Below, piece after piece: positions 60,395-64,000 of a stretch of 64,000 nt of DNA. Below the pieces are notes generated by a model. It worked only from the letters and a program-made list of their open reading frames with translations. It was not told the origin of the DNA and did no database searches. The DNA comes from Candidatus Levyibacteriota bacterium. GTDB taxonomy: Bacteria > Patescibacteriota > Microgenomatia > Levybacterales > UBA12049. A program made the translations under genes and the position numbers. The DNA lies in contig PJMG01000021.1 of the NCBI GenBank assembly GCA_003173895.1, forward strand, positions 12,274 to 76,273. Reading direction: 5' to 3'. Within the stretch, counting starts at the first letter, position 1, and each line of letters opens with the position of its first letter.

Positions 60395-60505
60395 TATAGC
60401 GTTGATAAGCTTGGCAACTTGGAGCTATAAAAAAATTAAGAAGCAATTAGGGTGGAACCACGGGTTTAACTCGTCCCTACAGTTTATGTAGTGACGGGTT
60501 TTTTT
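60395..60505 (+). ncRNA. Glycine T-box riboswitch, minimal form
   Basis: T-box AGGGTGGAACCACG at 60449-60462; antiterminator partner CGTCCC; terminator with a U-run; short stem I with GGC in the loop; located upstream of glycyl-tRNA synthetase. Confidence 0.85.
60469..60505 (+). terminator. Intrinsic terminator of the T-box leader
   Basis: ACTCGTCCCTAC-AGTTTAT-GTAGTGACGGGT followed by a T run. Confidence 0.8.
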
Positions 60506-60622
60506 ATATTCAAAATTATAATATAAAAATAGTATATAATCCGCTATCAATTGCAGCATGAGCCGTGAACGAACAGTTCTGAAAAGGCGAATGCTAAAAT
60601 GAGGTGGATGTTCAATAATTTT

Positions 60623-62014
60623 ATGAATGATAATAATTTACTTGAAAAAGTAGTAGCACTGGCTAAAAGAAGAGGATTTATTTTCCCAGGTTCAGAAATT
60701 TACGGTGGACTTGCTGGAACATGGGATTATGGTCCTATGGGAGTTGAATTTAAAAATAATCTTAAAAGATTATGGTGGAAAGATATTGTCTATCATCGAG
60801 ATGATATGGTGGGTATTGATGCTGCAATTATGATGAATCCAAAAGCATGGGAGGCCTCAGGACATGTAGAAGCATTTACAGATCCTCTAGTGGAATGTAA
60901 GGTTTGTCATAAAAGATTTCGAGCAGATCACATGTTTGAACTTTTAGAAGCAATCCATAGGAAATCTACTAGAGCTGGAGCTATAAGTTTAACTGATAAG
61001 CAAAAAGACATGTTACTTTGCGAAAAAAAACCGGGCGAGCATGAATTAAAAGATTTTACCGAGCCTAAAAACTTTAATCTTCTTGTTAAAGCATACTTAG
61101 GTATTATTGAAGGTCAGCAAAGTGAAATATTTCTTCGAGGAGAAATAACCAATGGAGTTCATGTTAATTTTAGAAATGTTGTTGATTCAACTCGTGTAAA
61201 GATTCCTTTTGGTATTGCACAGATGGGTAAAGCATTTAGAAATGAAATAACCCCTGGTAACTTTATATATCGTTCTCGCGAATTTGAACAAATGGAAACT
61301 CAATTTTATATAAAACCTAATGATGAAGAAGGAGAAAAATGGTTTGAATATTGGAAAAAAGATAGAATGGATTGGTATTTATCCTTAGGTATAAAACCAG
61401 ATAACATTAGATTTCGTGATCATGAGGATAAAGAAAGAGCACATTATGCGCGTTTAGCTACTGATATTGAATATAACACTCCTTGGGGTTGGCAAGAAAT
61501 TATGGGTATTCATCATAGAGGAGATTGGGATTTATCTAGACATGGAAAATTCAGTGGTAAAAATATGACCTATAAAGATTCTATAACAGGTGAAGAATTT
61601 ATCCCTTGGGATATTGAGACATCAGCAGGAGTGGATAGATCAATTCTTTTCTTACTATTTGATGCTTATACTGAGGATGAAAAGCGAGTTTATTTAAAAT
61701 TAAATCCTAAAATAGCTCCGATTAAAGCTGCTGTTTTTCCTTTATTAGGAAATAAGCCTGAATTAATTGATTTAGCTAAAAAAATTTATAGAGATTTGCA
61801 GGAAAAAATAGATGGAAAAATAGCTTGGGATGATCGGGGAAATATTGGTAAACGATATTTATATCAAGATGAAATTGGTACGCCATTTTGTATTACTGTA
61901 GATTTCCAAAGCTTGGAAGATCAGACAGTAACCGTCCGCGATCGCGATAGCATGAAACAAGAGAGAGTGAAAATTGAAGATCTATATTTAAAACTTCAAA
62001 AATATTTACTTTAA
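60623..62014 (+). CDS. glyQS: Glycyl-tRNA synthetase, alpha2 (eukaryote/archaea-like) type
   Basis: AKRRGF..GSEIYGG; WEASGHV; FRNEITP; EFEQME; IETSAGVDR; GKRY..QDEIGTP. Confidence 0.95.
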   Translation: MNDNNLLEKVVALAKRRGFIFPGSEIYGGLAGTWDYGPMGVEFKNNLKRLWWKDIVYHRDDMVGIDAAIMMNPKAWEASGHVEAFTDPLVECKVCHKRFRADHMFELLEAIHRKSTRAGAISLTDKQKDMLLCEKKPGEHELKDFTEPKNFNLLVKAYLGIIEGQQSEIFLRGEITNGVHVNFRNVVDSTRVKIPFGIAQMGKAFRNEITPGNFIYRSREFEQMETQFYIKPNDEEGEKWFEYWKKDRMDWYLSLGIKPDNIRFRDHEDKERAHYARLATDIEYNTPWGWQEIMGIHHRGDWDLSRHGKFSGKNMTYKDSITGEEFIPWDIETSAGVDRSILFLLFDAYTEDEKRVYLKLNPKIAPIKAAVFPLLGNKPELIDLAKKIYRDLQEKIDGKIAWDDRGNIGKRYLYQDEIGTPFCITVDFQSLEDQTVTVRDRDSMKQERVKIEDLYLKLQKYLL

Positions 62015-62043
62015 TATAGCTAAGCAAGCTATAATAAAAACAT

Positions 62044-63573
62044 ATGCTAGAAAACGAAGTAAGCATATCTCCTGACTCCCCTAGATTTAATGATTTTGCT
62101 AAAGAATTTGAAAAACTTTTAGATAAATTACCAATCAGTGAACATGATAATTTACATGACGAATGTGCAGTCTTTGGTATTTATTTTAATGATAAAAATA
62201 AAAAAGCTGCACCTTATGTATTTAATGGATTATTTGCTTTACAGCATAGAGGTCAAGAAGGTTCTGGTATTAGTTCTAGTAATTCAGAACAGATATTTTC
62301 TGAAAAAGATGCTGGACTAGTAACTTCAGTATTTAATTCAAGGAGAATAGAAAAACTGCCCGGTCATATCGCTATTGGTCATGACAGGTATTCTACTAAC
62401 GGGGGCGCATTAGAACATCTACAGCCTGCTACTAGTGCAAAAAATAAAATTGCGGTCGCTCATAATGGGAATTTACCCGTTGTTATTGAACTAAAAAGAT
62501 TTTTAAATAATCATAATATTTCTATTGAGGGACTAAATGACTCAGAACTTATTCAGAGAGCGATTGAATACTATGTGGAACAGGGATTAAGTTTAGAAGA
62601 TGCTGTAACAGAAGCTTATCCACTTTTTACGGGTGCGTTTTCATTAGTTATTATGGATAATGAAAAGTTAATTGGCGTAAGAGATAATTTTGGAATACGC
62701 CCCCTAGTTCTAGGTGAATTTGAAGATAATAAAGGATTTGTTCTATCTTCAGAAACTTGTGCATTGGATAAAGTGGGAGCAAAATACTTAAGAAGCGTTA
62801 AAGCAGGTGAAATGGTAGTTATAGATAAGAATGGACTTGAGTCAAAACAACTTAGAGAAGGTCATGAACAATTAGATATCTTTGAAATCTTCTACTTTGC
62901 CAATCCTAGTAGTAAAATTGAAGGACGTTCTCCTTCGGACCTTCGTATAATTGAAGATCTACGATATAAAATAGGTAGACAGTTGGCAAAAGAAGTAAAT
63001 ATTAATGCTGATATAGTTATTGGTGTACCAAACTCAGCTATTCCAGCAGCTGAAGGTTTTGCAGATGAATCAGGAATGCATTTTACATCTAGAGGTCTTC
63101 TAAAAAGTTCTTATGCTCATAGAACTTTTATTTCACCTGATGAAAGAGGTAAGAAAGTTGAAATGAAATTTACTCCTATGGGGAATGTATTAGAGGGACT
63201 AAGTGTAGCGGTTATTGATGACTCTATAGTTAGGGGAACTACGTCTAAAGAGTTAGTACAAATGCTTAGAGATGCGGGAGCCAAAGAAGTCCATTTACTT
63301 TCTGCCGCCCCGATGATCAAATATCCTGATTTTTATGGGATTGATATGCCAGATCCAGAAGAGTTAATTGCATTTGGTAGATCACTTGAAGAAATAACAG
63401 AAATAATTGGGGCAGATAGTGTTCACTATTTATCCTTAGATGGATTATTTGAAGCTATAGATTTACCTAGAGATAGATTTACTATCTCTTGTTTTACAGG
63501 TAGATATCCTATATATATAGGTTATGAAAATAGCGAAAAAATTGGTCATTTTATTAGATCGAATGTTGCATAG
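62044..63573 (+). CDS. purF: Amidophosphoribosyltransferase
   Basis: DECAVFG; LQHRGQE; GHDRYST; AHNGN; DDSIVRGTT; FYGID. Confidence 0.92.
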   Translation: MLENEVSISPDSPRFNDFAKEFEKLLDKLPISEHDNLHDECAVFGIYFNDKNKKAAPYVFNGLFALQHRGQEGSGISSSNSEQIFSEKDAGLVTSVFNSRRIEKLPGHIAIGHDRYSTNGGALEHLQPATSAKNKIAVAHNGNLPVVIELKRFLNNHNISIEGLNDSELIQRAIEYYVEQGLSLEDAVTEAYPLFTGAFSLVIMDNEKLIGVRDNFGIRPLVLGEFEDNKGFVLSSETCALDKVGAKYLRSVKAGEMVVIDKNGLESKQLREGHEQLDIFEIFYFANPSSKIEGRSPSDLRIIEDLRYKIGRQLAKEVNINADIVIGVPNSAIPAAEGFADESGMHFTSRGLLKSSYAHRTFISPDERGKKVEMKFTPMGNVLEGLSVAVIDDSIVRGTTSKELVQMLRDAGAKEVHLLSAAPMIKYPDFYGIDMPDPEELIAFGRSLEEITEIIGADSVHYLSLDGLFEAIDLPRDRFTISCFTGRYPIYIGYENSEKIGHFIRSNVA

Positions 63574-63579
63574 ACTTTA

Positions 63580-63607
63580 TTGACAAAGACAACCAATTTG
63601 TTATTAT
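63580..63607 (+). promoter_or_regulatory. sigma70-like promoter (leaderless type)
   Basis: TTGACA-16 nt-TATTAT with an extended TG; ATG 6 nt downstream. Confidence 0.55.
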
Positions 63608-63613
63608 TTATTT

Positions 63614-64000
63614 ATGGATTTATTTAAAAATAAAAGAAATGTAATTATAGCCTCAATAGTAGGTGCTGTAGTTATAATTGGTTTAATAGTCGCCATATTT
63701 TTAGTTAATAAGAAATCTTCTTCTAATAATCAAACTGATCAAAATTCTAATTCAAATAATCAAGAACAAGTTTTCACTTTAAAGCCATCTGATATTGGTT
63801 TGTCTTTATCAGCTATAACTACTGGTAAATTTGCAGGCAATGGAGTAGAAATGACTATTTCTAAATTAGATGAAATAACAGCTATAGATTATGAACTTTC
63901 TTACACTTCTACAGGAAGTATTCCTAGAGGTGCTATAGGTCATATTGATGTTAAACCAACAGATACTACTATAGATCAGCAAATGGCTTTTGGAACATGC
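63614..64000 (+). CDS. Membrane-anchored hypothetical protein, truncated by the window edge
   Basis: Open frame MDLFKNKRNVIIASIVGAVVIIGL..., N-terminal TM, N/S/Q-rich linker, YELSY..RG..G...FGTC; not in the supplied ORF track. Confidence 0.75.
   Translation, partial: MDLFKNKRNVIIASIVGAVVIIGLIVAIFLVNKKSSSNNQTDQNSNSNNQEQVFTLKPSDIGLSLSAITTGKFAGNGVEMTISKLDEITAIDYELSYTSTGSIPRGAIGHIDVKPTDTTIDQQMAFGTC

Noticed and set aside
60580-60592. GAAAAGGCGA as a second T-box specifier loop
   Set aside because: It lies downstream of the terminator, its GGC is paired in a stem, and no second T-box motif follows.
2659-63320. Short antisense or alternate-frame ORFs in the track (for example 2659, 5049, 10456, 21826, 26214, 27424, 45243, 48687, 60213, 63117)
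   Set aside because: They lie within or opposite well-supported genes and show no motifs, so they are shadow ORFs.
1-64000. CRISPR array, tRNA/rRNA, integrase or transposase
   Set aside because: No regularly spaced repeats, RNA gene signatures or recombinase motifs were seen, and the spacers are mostly too short.
1-64000. Stop-codon reassignment (code 25, as in Gracilibacteria)
   Set aside because: Genes are full length under code 11, Trp is encoded by TGG, and TGA ends several genes.

Overview
Very AT-rich bacterial DNA (genetic code 11; TGA is used as a stop). Gene content suggests Patescibacteria/CPR, probably Microgenomates: GT-C arrays, DUF4012, a DUF5667-like gene, recO followed by an alpha2-type glycyl-tRNA synthetase, and few Shine-Dalgarno sites. 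This taxonomy is an inference. About 58 kb is one large surface-glycan locus with roughly 15 ArnT/PMT-like GT-C membrane glycosyltransferases, many GT2/GT4 enzymes, a flippase, a priming transferase, a WaaL-like/GT-C fusion and NDP-sugar pathway genes. It is followed by DUF4012, recO, glyQS and purF. Most notable observations: (1) an apt-mtnN-luxS-like SAH-recycling/AI-2 module whose LuxS is a 337-aa tandem pseudo-dimer with catalytic motifs split complementarily between its two halves; (2) this module, with a sugar C-methyltransferase and an oxidoreductase, lies between two ~85%-identical copies of a gene 3' end; (3) a minimal ~110-nt glycine T-box riboswitch with an ultrashort K-turn stem I and a GGC specifier in the terminal loop; (4) pervasive leaderless-type promoters; (5) palindromic and heptamer insertions in GT4 linkers. 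All calls come from motif recognition by eye, with no database searches.
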